Assembly (NCBI GenBank): GCA_964513925.1
Contig: CAZENR010000007.1
Location: forward strand, 2,658 to 66,657
Direction of reading: 5' to 3'
Source of the DNA: an uncultured Candidatus Peribacteria bacterium
GTDB taxonomy: Bacteria; Patescibacteriota; Gracilibacteria; Peribacterales; Peribacteraceae
DNA length: 64,000 nt
Notes under the pieces: generated by a model
What the model was told of the DNA's origin: nothing
The model's input: the letters and a program-made list of their open reading frames with translations, nothing else
The model's database searches: none
Position numbers and translations under genes: made by a program
Shown: one piece after another, positions 27,222 to 35,546 of the stretch
Layout: the number at the start of each line of letters is the position of its first letter
How positions within the stretch are numbered: position 1 is the first letter of the stretch

Positions 27222-27245
27222 CCCCGCCGCTGGCGGGGTTTTTTA
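27222..27245. terminator. Bidirectional Rho-independent terminator
   Basis: CCCCGCC-gct-GGCGGGG followed by TTTTTT, between the convergent stops at 27208 and 27243. Confidence 0.75.
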
Positions 27246-27839
27246 TGCGTTTCTGCGCCCGGCCAATGCCTCGCGCAGGGTGATCTGGTCGGCGAATTCA
27301 ATGTCTGCACCCATAGGCAATCCATGAGCCAGCCGCGTTACCTTCTGCACAGTTGTGCCCAACTGCTGCTTGATGAATGTTGCGGTGGCCTCGCCTTCCA
27401 CATCCAAATTTGTAGCAATGATTACCTCATTTACGCTTCCAGATGCACAGCGGTCGACCAGCTCGCGCAGCTTTAGCTGCTCCGGCCCCATGCCGTCGAT
27501 GGGGGACAGCACGCCATGCAGTACGTGATACAGGCCTTTGTACCCGGATTTTTCAAAGGCGATGACTTCCAGCGGCTCTTCCACGACCAGAATGGTCGAA
27601 GCATCTCGCGATGCATCCATGCATGTCGTGCAACGTTCATCGAGCGTGATCATTTGGCACTGCCTGCAGTAGCGAATATCGCTCTTCAGTGCCAACAGGG
27701 CGTTGCCCAAAGCCTCCGGCGATGCCTTGGATGACCGCAGGAGGTGGAAGGTCAGTCGTTCGGCAGATTTGGGGCCGATGCCCGGCAGCTTGCTGAATTC
27801 CTCCACGGCCTTGCGTATTTGCGGCGGCAATAAACTCAT
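27243..27839 (-). CDS. recR: Recombination protein RecR
   Basis: HhH motif LPGIGPKSAERLTFHLL, zinc finger CRQCQMITLDERCTTC, Toprim ILVVEEPLEVIAFEKSG. Start trimmed to the ATG giving MSLLPPQIRK. Confidence 0.92.
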   Translation of the reverse strand: MSLLPPQIRKAVEEFSKLPGIGPKSAERLTFHLLRSSKASPEALGNALLALKSDIRYCRQCQMITLDERCTTCMDASRDASTILVVEEPLEVIAFEKSGYKGLYHVLHGVLSPIDGMGPEQLKLRELVDRCASGSVNEVIIATNLDVEGEATATFIKQQLGTTVQKVTRLAHGLPMGADIEFADQITLREALAGRRNA

Positions 27840-27893
27840 GCCGCTGCATGGTAAGGCCGAATGCAAAAATACACACCCTGAAATCAAGTCGTA

Positions 27894-28334
27894 TTAGTAT
27901 TCCTTCCCCATGCGCTGCCTACGGTCCATTTCGCGCTCCTTGATCTTCTGTCGTTTATCGAGGCGCTTTCGGCCACGGCCGACGCCGAGCAGTACTTTTA
28001 TAAACCTGCCCGCGCGGATTTCCAGCGGAATGATCGTGGCGCCTTTTTCTGCGGCGGCTTGCTCTAAGCGCGCGGACTCGGATTTCTTCAGCAGTAACTG
28101 CCGATCGCGTCCTGGATCGTAGGCTTCCAATCCGCTTGCGAATTTATATGGCGTAATCTTGGCGTGCTTCAGTAGTGGCTTGCCGCCATGGAATGAAACG
28201 TACGCACCCGCCAAGCTGGCCTGGCCCAATCGGCAGGACTTTACCTCCTGGCCGGAGAGCATCATTCCCGCCTCCACGGTCTCGCCGATGTCATAATCGA
28301 ACCGCGCCCGACGGTTCTGGGCCACTGTCTTCAT
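27894..28334 (-). CDS. smpB: SsrA-binding protein SmpB
   Basis: NRRARFDYDIGETVEAGMMLSGQEVKS... and a basic C-terminal tail, typical of SmpB. 146 aa. Confidence 0.92.
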   Translation of the reverse strand: MKTVAQNRRARFDYDIGETVEAGMMLSGQEVKSCRLGQASLAGAYVSFHGGKPLLKHAKITPYKFASGLEAYDPGRDRQLLLKKSESARLEQAAAEKGATIIPLEIRAGRFIKVLLGVGRGRKRLDKRQKIKEREMDRRQRMGKEY

Positions 28335-28378
28335 GGTGTTATGGTACAGGGGACGGCTCTTTTCGGCATTAGGACGCC

Positions 28379-28407
28379 TAAATATTGCATTAGAATCAAT
28401 TTGACAA
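28379..28407 (-). promoter_or_regulatory. Candidate smpB promoter
   Basis: Minus strand TTGTCA-17 nt-TATTTA. The same palindromic TTGACAA also reads TTGACA-18 nt-TATTAT on the plus strand (28401-28430). Confidence 0.4.
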
Positions 28408-28439
28408 GATTGTAGAATGTATTGTATTATTCACATTGC

Positions 28440-28592
28440 CAACACTCAAGATTTCCTCCCCTTCAAGGGAGGGGCATCCTCCTCGTGAGCCATGCAGCAA
28501 TCTCGTTGGCGTTACGAGGCTCCGCTTCTCTGGGGACTTTCCGCAAAGATCACTTCGATCGTCTGCAGGGAAGCGGAGCCTCTCTCTTTGTG
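28440..28592. ncRNA. Structured intergenic element of unknown class (three consecutive hairpins)
   Basis: CCTCCC-cttcaa-GGGAGG (~28455-28474). CTCGT...ACGAG (~28501-28518). An 11-bp outer stem GGCTCCGCTTC...GAAGCGGAGCC (~28519-28580) encloses the inner stems CTGCA/TGCGG and GATC/GATC. Strand undetermined. Lies between the pilD stop and the smpB promoter. Confidence 0.3.
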
Positions 28593-29354
28593 TTATGCCA
28601 AAAGTCCGCGATACCACTCGGCGACACCCAAAAATGTCAGTAGCGTGCCTGCTGCCAAAAACGGCGCAAAGCCGATGCGCGTGCCGCGCAGCTTTGTCTT
28701 TGTGGTGATAAGCAGCAGCAGTACCCACACCGCTCCGCAACCGTATGCCAATACCAGCATTGCCACTGTAGGCCAGGAACCCAGCCATAGTCCCAGTGCC
28801 CCAGCAAGCAACATGTCCCCGCTTCCCACCCATTGCCCCCGACTAACAAGCCACTGCCAACCAAACCATGCGGCTCCAATGAGTGCGCCAAGACATGCAT
28901 CGAGCAATGATCCAAACAACAATGAGGAAACCATGCCGATAATCGCTATGCCCAGTGACAGAATGTCGGGTAACTGGCGGTGACGCGCATCGATGAGTGC
29001 CGCAATGAACACTAAGTACAGTACGCCTCCGGAAAGAGCTGCCAGTAACGGCGCATCCGGGAGGCGATGTAATGCCAGCAGGAATATGCCGGCACACGCC
29101 AGCTCCACCAGTGGGTACTGCGCAGAAATATGACACTTGCACGAACGGCATTTGCCGCCCAAGAACACGTAACTGGCAACCGGCACCAAGTCGTACCAAT
29201 GCAAGGCAGACTTACATGCAGGGCATTTGGATCTGCCGGCGACCCATTTTACTTGGCCAAACCGGAAAATCAGCACGTTCCCGAAGCTACCCAACACCGC
29301 GCCGATGACGGCGAAGAGCACCACGAGCAACGAAGCGGATTGCATGGGGACCAT
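28593..29354 (-). CDS. pilD: Prepilin peptidase (A24 family, PilD-like)
   Basis: Cys-rich N-terminal region CPACKSALHWYDLVPVASYVFLGGKCRSCK, polytopic membrane body, GSGDMLLAGALG (GxGD-type active-site block). Confidence 0.88.
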   Translation of the reverse strand: MVPMQSASLLVVLFAVIGAVLGSFGNVLIFRFGQVKWVAGRSKCPACKSALHWYDLVPVASYVFLGGKCRSCKCHISAQYPLVELACAGIFLLALHRLPDAPLLAALSGGVLYLVFIAALIDARHRQLPDILSLGIAIIGMVSSLLFGSLLDACLGALIGAAWFGWQWLVSRGQWVGSGDMLLAGALGLWLGSWPTVAMLVLAYGCGAVWVLLLLITTKTKLRGTRIGFAPFLAAGTLLTFLGVAEWYRGLLA

Positions 29355-29386
29355 GCTACCTCGCCTACATCAAAAATGCATGCTTA

Positions 29387-30202
29387 CTATGCGCCTGCCA
29401 ACATGCGCTGCAATGCCATGCGGCGCGAGGGGTCTGACAATGCCATTCCGGCGCAGCCTGCCAGAGCGAGAACCAGTAGCAACTGCTCGCGAGCTCCGGA
29501 ATTCGTAAGGCGCTTGGCTTTCGGCATCGGCTCGTCGGGTACCAACTGCGCACCTTCATGCATAATGGTATCGGTTGCAGCCGCGTGCACTTGCGTATCA
29601 GCTGCGCGTTCCTGGGGCTGTGCCGAAGAAGATGTTGCAGCCTCCGCAAGCGCGGCCAAATCTACCGGTGCGGGCCCATCCATTTCCGCGCGCACGGAAG
29701 ATTCCGTCTGCTCTCGCATCTTACGGGCGTTCTCGGCGCGCTGTGCAAGCCGCTCAATTTGGCTGACAGGCGCGACGCTGGTGTTTCCGGGGTAGGTAGG
29801 TGCCGCTGCGTGCTGGGTTTGCTGGCCCGTGAATGCAGCCAACTGCTCCTGTCGCTGAGCCAAACGCTGCGCAGCATGAACCGTGATCTCCGCCTTGGAT
29901 ACAGGCGTAGGCTGCACGGTATTTGCATACTGCTTCATTTGCTCCGCTACAGTTTGTGCGCGCTGCTCCAGGCGGCGCTGCGTGTCTTCGTCCACTTCCT
30001 TATGTGCAGTCGTTACCTGGTCGGCATTTTCGCTGACGGTGGCGCCCGGTTGCACCAACATGCCGGTGAGCTGCATGCTCCCCAACTGCTCGAAACCGAC
30101 GTACAAACCGCCGGCAATTGCCATCCCGGCAGTAGCCCCCACCAATTGGCGGACGGTACTGGATTTCCAGAATGCAGAGATGTTTGTCTTGATGGACATC
30201 AT
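29387..30202 (-). CDS. Hypothetical membrane protein (N- and C-terminal TM, Gln/Ala-rich middle)
   Basis: The promoter TTGTCG-17-TACAAT lies inside the ORF-track N-terminal extension, so the start is placed at the ATG ATG pair 30202/30199 (MMSIKTNISAFW...), 3-6 nt after the -10, i.e. apparently leaderless. Confidence 0.5.
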   Translation of the reverse strand: MMSIKTNISAFWKSSTVRQLVGATAGMAIAGGLYVGFEQLGSMQLTGMLVQPGATVSENADQVTTAHKEVDEDTQRRLEQRAQTVAEQMKQYANTVQPTPVSKAEITVHAAQRLAQRQEQLAAFTGQQTQHAAAPTYPGNTSVAPVSQIERLAQRAENARKMREQTESSVRAEMDGPAPVDLAALAEAATSSSAQPQERAADTQVHAAATDTIMHEGAQLVPDEPMPKAKRLTNSGAREQLLLVLALAGCAGMALSDPSRRMALQRMLAGA

Positions 30203-30205
30203 TTC

Positions 30206-30234
30206 ATTGTAGCACAAAGTCGTTTTTCCGACAA
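30206..30234 (-). promoter_or_regulatory. Sigma70-type promoter with extended -10
   Basis: Minus strand TTGTCG-17 nt-TACAAT. Shares the 13-mer TTTGTGCTACAAT with the promoter at 6784-6812. Confidence 0.5.
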
Positions 30235-30258
30235 GTATGTGCATGCACCCTCGCAGCT

Positions 30259-30552
30259 ATGCTGCTTGCCATGGAGGCACCCGTCATCATTGGCATTGCA
30301 GGCGCAACACTGCTGCTTGTTGCCTTTAGCTTGAACCAGACCCACGTATGGAAGGATGAGTATTTAATTTATGATTTGTGCAACCTGTTTGGTGGCGCAT
30401 TGATGGTTTGGTACGCGCTCCTGCTCGCGGCATATCCGTTTGCAGCCCTGAATGCAGTGTGGGCTTTAGTGTCTTTCCGAGACGTATGTACTGACGCACT
30501 GCGAAACAGCCGACGCAGAGACAGGGGATTTTTTCGGAAATGGATGCAGTAA
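30259..30552 (+). CDS. Small 3-TM membrane protein (resembles CBU_0592-family proteins)
   Basis: 97 aa. IIGIAGATLLLVAFSL...YDLCNLFGGALMVWYA...PFAALNAVWALVS. Family assignment is from memory only. Confidence 0.45.
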   Translation: MLLAMEAPVIIGIAGATLLLVAFSLNQTHVWKDEYLIYDLCNLFGGALMVWYALLLAAYPFAALNAVWALVSFRDVCTDALRNSRRRDRGFFRKWMQ

Positions 30553-30557
30553 ACCTT

Positions 30558-31250
30558 TTACTGCGCTTCTTCGTCCGGTTCTGCCGTGAGTGTGCCAGTC
30601 TGGAATTCCTCTGAAGAAGACGAGCTATCAGCGATATCCGGAACCACAATCGGCTCAACGGTTTCCACTTCTTCTTCGGTAGATTCAGCAGGTGCATCGA
30701 TCTCCTTTAGCCATTCGAAAGTACTGCCGCTGTCGCCGGGCGTCGTAAAAACGATCATCCGCACCGCCTGCTCTCCAATTGGCATAAGCTTGAATGGCAC
30801 ACCGGCAGGAATGGCGATGACATGTCCTGCGCGGACTTCTTCGGATGACCCATCCAGAACGATTTCTGCGCGGCCGCTTAAGATATATGCGACGCGATTT
30901 TGATTCGGATACCGGTGCAGCTTCCATCCAGTCGTTACTAAGTACAGTTGGGCGCCTGTTTTGGCGCCCGATACGATTGCCTCAGCGTCAAAACCTGCTG
31001 GCTGCTCGCGCAATTTCTCCTGGAATATTTTCAAGATATCGATCACCTCCGTCTTGTAATCACGTCGCTCGACGGAGGATGAGGAAGAGCTGTGGTTCGA
31101 GGACGATGCACTGCCAGCAGATACTGCGCTACCCCGCTCGTCATCTGGGGCCTTCTGCCGCGCCGAAGTTCCTCCAAATATTAAGCTCCTGCAACCTGTA
31201 AGAACCAGGACAGACAGGCACAGTGTCAGACGAATGCGTCGAGCGAGCAT
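30558..31250 (-). CDS. Lipoprotein with C-terminal cupin domain
   Basis: Signal peptide plus lipobox LVLTGC. Cupin-like block HRYPNQNRVAYILSGRAEIVLDGSSEEVRAGHVIAIPAGVPFKL. Confidence 0.65.
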   Translation of the reverse strand: MLARRIRLTLCLSVLVLTGCRSLIFGGTSARQKAPDDERGSAVSAGSASSSNHSSSSSSVERRDYKTEVIDILKIFQEKLREQPAGFDAEAIVSGAKTGAQLYLVTTGWKLHRYPNQNRVAYILSGRAEIVLDGSSEEVRAGHVIAIPAGVPFKLMPIGEQAVRMIVFTTPGDSGSTFEWLKEIDAPAESTEEEVETVEPIVVPDIADSSSSSEEFQTGTLTAEPDEEAQ

Positions 31251-31254
31251 GTAG

Positions 31255-32004
31255 CTACTGTAGTTCGTAGGTCAGGGTGACTTGCGCGGTAATGTCCTGC
31301 TCGCCGCTGGGCACCGGCATGGGGGCCTGTTCGGCCATTCCATCTTTCATCATAGCCATATCACTGCGCATCAGCATGGGAGGCTGCGGACTGCCCGAGT
31401 ACCCCTCGGAGAACCCTTGCAGCTTTCCAAGCGATACACCCAGGCTGGCTGCAAGCTGAGCGGCTTTCTGCTTTGCTTCCGCAATGGCCATGGTGCGGGC
31501 CTTGGCTTGCAACTCGTCCGTATTGTCGAAGGAGAACGTAACGTCTCCGGCTTGGTTAGCGCCCGCATCTGTGGCGGCGGTGAGCACCGCGCCGACATTC
31601 TCTAAATTGCGCACCTTTACTCGCAGTGACTGCCCCGCAGAGTATCCGCGCAGCGTCTGCCTGCCATCCGGATAGTCGTAGCTTGGGCTCAGCCAAAAAT
31701 TCTCAGTAGTGATGTCCTTTTCTTCCACGCCGGCGTTTTTCACTGCGGCGATGATGGTGGTCATGTTCTTGCGTACGCCTTCAATTGCTCCTTTGGCAGA
31801 GTTTTGACGCTCCACCGTAATGCCGAAGCTGGCATATGCCACGTCTGGCAATGCGGAAACACGCGCATCCGCAGAAACCGATATGGTCGCCATTGCACGC
31901 GAAGTTGCGGCTACATGTTGGCCTGCAACGTAAAACAACCCACCGATGACGACGGCGAGCAAGACGGCCCACGTAGCGGGGCGAGTGGTGATGGTGTCGG
32001 GCAT
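31255..32004 (-). CDS. SIMPL/DUF541-family (YggE-like) secreted protein
   Basis: N-terminal TM anchor, then the pattern typical of the 26-kDa periplasmic immunogenic protein family (...GYSAGQSLRVKVRNLENVGAVLTAATDAGANQ...AIAEAKQKAAQLAASLGVSLGKL...). Confidence 0.7.
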   Translation of the reverse strand: MPDTITTRPATWAVLLAVVIGGLFYVAGQHVAATSRAMATISVSADARVSALPDVAYASFGITVERQNSAKGAIEGVRKNMTTIIAAVKNAGVEEKDITTENFWLSPSYDYPDGRQTLRGYSAGQSLRVKVRNLENVGAVLTAATDAGANQAGDVTFSFDNTDELQAKARTMAIAEAKQKAAQLAASLGVSLGKLQGFSEGYSGSPQPPMLMRSDMAMMKDGMAEQAPMPVPSGEQDITAQVTLTYELQ

Positions 32005-32045
32005 GGATCCAATTGTATCGCTCTGTCGCTGTTACATGCAACACG

Positions 32046-32852
32046 CTATACCTCTAAACGGAGCCTTGCAGACGCTTTCCCCACAAAGCGTTCGTACCCC
32101 TCACGCTCCAGTGTGCGTGCAAAATCCGCCCCACCGCTTTCGGCAATATTCCCTCGTACCATGACATGGACGCGGTCCGGGACGATGTATTCCAAAATGC
32201 GTGCGTAGTGCGTTACGAGTATCGCCGAGAATGTGCCCGAACGCTGCTGGTTCACGCCATCGGCCACGATGCGCAATGCATCGACGTCTAGCCCCGAATC
32301 GGTTTCGTCCAGCAGAGCAAGGCTCGGTTTCAAGATATGCAACTGAAGGATTTCCGCTTTTTTCTTTTCGCCGCCGCTGAAGCCATGATTCACGCTGCGG
32401 TCGGCAAATACTGGGTCCATGTGCAATTGGCGCATGGTCTGCTGCAACATGGTGCGAAACTGCACCGGTGACGTTCGCTTATGTTTTGGGTTGCGGGCGC
32501 GCATTTGCGCCTCGTAGGCTGCGAGCAAGAATTGCCGTACCGTCACCCCGGCGATTTCCTTTGGGTACTGAAATGCCAGGAACATGCCCGCGTGCGCCCG
32601 TTGATCCGGCGAAAGTTCCGAAAGCTCCTTCCCAAAGAAGAGTGCGGATCCTTCCGTGCGGTACTTCGGGTGTCCCATGAGGGCATTGACCAATGTGGAT
32701 TTCCCCGAGCCGTTCGGCCCCATGATCGCATGCACCTCCCCGGCACGGATATCGAGATCTATACCATGCACGATTGGCGTGTCTCCGATGAACACTTTGA
32801 ACTTACGTAAGGTAAGAACGGTATCTATGGGCGATGTGCGCTTGCGAGGCAT
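32046..32852 (-). CDS. sufC: SufC-type Fe-S assembly ABC ATPase
   Basis: Walker A GPNGSGKSTL, signature FSGGEKKK, Walker B LALLDETDSGLD, SufC-typical VTHYARILEYI. Start trimmed to the ATG giving MPRKRTSPIDT (32852), which removes the overlap with the divergent gene. Confidence 0.85.
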   Translation of the reverse strand: MPRKRTSPIDTVLTLRKFKVFIGDTPIVHGIDLDIRAGEVHAIMGPNGSGKSTLVNALMGHPKYRTEGSALFFGKELSELSPDQRAHAGMFLAFQYPKEIAGVTVRQFLLAAYEAQMRARNPKHKRTSPVQFRTMLQQTMRQLHMDPVFADRSVNHGFSGGEKKKAEILQLHILKPSLALLDETDSGLDVDALRIVADGVNQQRSGTFSAILVTHYARILEYIVPDRVHVMVRGNIAESGGADFARTLEREGYERFVGKASARLRLEV

Positions 32853-32912
32853 GGAGGCTGACGTGCGGAAACTTACAGATGCAAGTACGGGTGTTCCGTA
32901 TACACTCTCACT

Positions 32913-35546
32913 ATGCACCGATACTGGAAGCATGTCACTGCCCCTTTGCTGGACGCCATTGGCGCCCGTTCGATTGTAGAAATCGGCGCCGGACGCGGCG
33001 AGCACGCGGAGCTGCTCCTTGAGTATTGTGCTGCACACAATGGGACCCTCACCATTATCGACCCGTCTCCGTCCTTGGATATAGCGGCATGGAGACGGCG
33101 TTGGGGCCAGCGACTTACACTGCTTTTAGAGCCGAGTTTGACCGCGTTGCCCAAGCTGCCATCTGCGGATGTGGTGTTTGTAGACGGGGATCATAATTGG
33201 TACACGGTTACCGAGGAGCTGCGCCTGCTGCATGCACATCGCAGCACAGCGGGATTGCCGCCGCTGCTGGTGTTGCACGATACCGATTGGCCCTATGCGC
33301 ACCGCGATATGTACTACGCTCCGGAGCGCATTCCGAAAGAGCATTGCCGCCCATATTCCCGCTCCGGCATGGTTCCCGGACAGACCGGGCTCGACTCAGC
33401 TGGCGTGCATGCGACGTACCTGAATGCGAACGAAGCAGGGGGTACACACAACGGCGTGATGGCTGCAATCCAGGATTTTCTTGCAGTGCACGCAGAAGAG
33501 TATCGCTGGCATGCGCTTCCCGGGCTCTATGGCTATGGCATTCTTGCACATCGCGCTCTAGAGGAGCGGCATCCAGCGTTGCAAAAGCTACTCGATGCCA
33601 TGCGTCTTACCCCCTTCGCCGCTGCGCACGTACACGCGGTTGATGTCGGCCAGTGGCACGAGCGCGTGTCGCTCTCGCGTCATGCTGCCAGGCAGATGCA
33701 GCACCTGGTTGGTGTGCAGGCCGAAACAGCGGAGCTTTGCAAGAAGGTGCTTTTGCTCGAGCAATGGGTGCGCGATTTGGAGTCACATGCTTCCGAGCTG
33801 CGGGCGCATGGTGTCCGCATGGATTCGCATATCCACAATGTTCGTGCGCATGCCGAGCGCGTGGAGCGCCATGCCCAAGAAGTACAAACGTCACTCGATA
33901 GGATTACAAAAAGTAAAAGCTGGCGATATACCGCGGCACTCCGGCAACTCTTTCCCGCCGCTCAATTTATCAAAATCTTCCCCCGTCCCACGCGCAGCTT
34001 TCCGGCGGCGCTGTACCGCCTCTGGCTCGCGTGCGGACAGCCGTTCCCTGGCGCGGCGCGCTTCGTGCGGTACCGATTATTGGGGCGCATATGGCCAGTC
34101 CGGACAGCGCCTGTCGTTACGGGTGGCGGCACCCTTGCCACTGTTGCATGGGAACCAACCCATACCACTGTTGCAGGAAAACATGCCGTGAACGTTGCCG
34201 TGGTGATTCCTTGTCATAATTACGGGAACTATCTACGCGAGGCGATTGAAAGCGTCTTCGCGCAAACATGCATCCCTTCGGAAATTCTGGTCGTAGATGA
34301 CGCGTCCGATGACGACACCGCCGCGGTGGCCGCAAGTTATGCAGCAAGGGGAGTGAAATACAAACGCGGTGAATGGAAGAGCGTAGCCGCAGCCCGAAAC
34401 GCGGGAGCCATGGCCACCACGGCTCCGTACCTGGTGTTCTTAGATGCAGACGATCGCCTGTGTCCGAATTATTTGGATGCCTGTCTCGCACAAATGTCAG
34501 ATTCCCGCGTTGCGATCGCATACGGTGACATGCAGGAATTCGGCGATCGCTCTACGCGCATCTGCATGCCGGAATTCGATCGAAATGTACTCGAGCGCCG
34601 CAACTACATTTCAGCGCATGCCATGATCCGCCGGCAGGCGCTGGAGGTAGTGGGGGGATATCGTGAGCTACGCAACGCGCACCAGGATTGGGATCTCTAC
34701 AAGCGCATCACATCCATGACGTGGATCGCGAAAAAAGCGCCAACAGCCGTGGAGTACCGAGTGCATGGCGACAGCATGCTGCAATCATACTCTCGTACGC
34801 AGCCTTCATACGCACATCGGGCGGGCCTTAGCTCCGTACCCGTGACAATCTTCACGCCATTTGCTGGGCGTACGGCGGTGTTCGACCGTTACGTGCACGC
34901 ATTGCGCTCCTTGGAATACGATCCTTCGCTGATACGGTTGCACTGGCTGGACACCAGCGGGAAAGAGTCATTTGAACACCTCTTGCGTTCCACTGCCGCC
35001 ACCATGCCATTTGCCGCCGTAACCTACGAAAAACGGCCGCTGCCACCTTTATGGAACCAAACGCCGGAGAAGCTGATCGCCAATCGCGTGTCCGGCGCCG
35101 AGAATGCGCGGCACTTTTACCAAATGGCAGTGATCTATGCCTATAACCACATGCTTACCGCCTGCACTACGGAGTTCCTGTTCACGCTTGAAGATGATAT
35201 CGCCCCCGAACCTTCCGCGCTGCGCCGACTCCTGGAAACGTTTCAAGAAGACACCGTTGCCGCAGTTGCCTCGTACCCCTGTCGGTTCCGGAATTGTGTC
35301 ATTGTGTGGTCCAAAGAAGGATCCAAGCGCATTCAGTATCCCAAGGCGCGCACAGGTATAGAGCCGGTTGCGGGCTCCGGATTCGGTTGTTCCTTGTTCC
35401 GCACCAATGTGCTGCGCAGTGAACCTATTCATTACAACGGTGACAGGCCGGACGGTTGGTACGACGACGTCGCATTTGCACACATGCGTAACAACGGCAC
35501 CGTACTGTGCAACTGGGACATCCGCGTGGAGCATATGGAATCCTAG
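32913..35546 (+). CDS. Multidomain glycan enzyme: class I SAM methyltransferase, ~75-aa coiled coil, GT2 glycosyltransferase, second GT-A-like domain
   Basis: aa 1-225: IVEIGAGRGEHAELL...VVFVDGDHNWYTV...LLVLHDTDWPY. aa ~262-335: heptad-like helix ending KSKSWRYTAALRQL. aa ~427-620: VAVVIPCHNYGNYLREAIESV...VVDDASDDDT...VFLDADD. aa ~643-877: VTIFTPFAGR...FTLEDDIAP. Confidence 0.8.
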   Translation: MHRYWKHVTAPLLDAIGARSIVEIGAGRGEHAELLLEYCAAHNGTLTIIDPSPSLDIAAWRRRWGQRLTLLLEPSLTALPKLPSADVVFVDGDHNWYTVTEELRLLHAHRSTAGLPPLLVLHDTDWPYAHRDMYYAPERIPKEHCRPYSRSGMVPGQTGLDSAGVHATYLNANEAGGTHNGVMAAIQDFLAVHAEEYRWHALPGLYGYGILAHRALEERHPALQKLLDAMRLTPFAAAHVHAVDVGQWHERVSLSRHAARQMQHLVGVQAETAELCKKVLLLEQWVRDLESHASELRAHGVRMDSHIHNVRAHAERVERHAQEVQTSLDRITKSKSWRYTAALRQLFPAAQFIKIFPRPTRSFPAALYRLWLACGQPFPGAARFVRYRLLGRIWPVRTAPVVTGGGTLATVAWEPTHTTVAGKHAVNVAVVIPCHNYGNYLREAIESVFAQTCIPSEILVVDDASDDDTAAVAASYAARGVKYKRGEWKSVAAARNAGAMATTAPYLVFLDADDRLCPNYLDACLAQMSDSRVAIAYGDMQEFGDRSTRICMPEFDRNVLERRNYISAHAMIRRQALEVVGGYRELRNAHQDWDLYKRITSMTWIAKKAPTAVEYRVHGDSMLQSYSRTQPSYAHRAGLSSVPVTIFTPFAGRTAVFDRYVHALRSLEYDPSLIRLHWLDTSGKESFEHLLRSTAATMPFAAVTYEKRPLPPLWNQTPEKLIANRVSGAENARHFYQMAVIYAYNHMLTACTTEFLFTLEDDIAPEPSALRRLLETFQEDTVAAVASYPCRFRNCVIVWSKEGSKRIQYPKARTGIEPVAGSGFGCSLFRTNVLRSEPIHYNGDRPDGWYDDVAFAHMRNNGTVLCNWDIRVEHMES

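Noticed and set aside
28519-28545. The 'GCGGAAAGTCCCC' word on the minus strand, which resembles the RNase P CR-I motif GGAAAGUCC, and the possibility of tmRNA next to smpB
   Set aside because: Only ~250 bp of non-coding DNA is available. There is no CR-V partner, no tRNA-like acceptor/T-arm (no GGTTCGA.TCC...CCA), and a complete rnpB exists at 50090-50498. Kept only as an unclassified structured element.
29387-29520. C-terminal '...RLTNSGAREQLLLVLALAGCAGMAL...RR...' of the 29387-30202 product, as a second sortase-like signal
   Set aside because: The motif is far from LPxTG or PEP, the basic tail is weak, and ~20 residues follow the hydrophobic segment. It is more simply a C-terminal TM helix.
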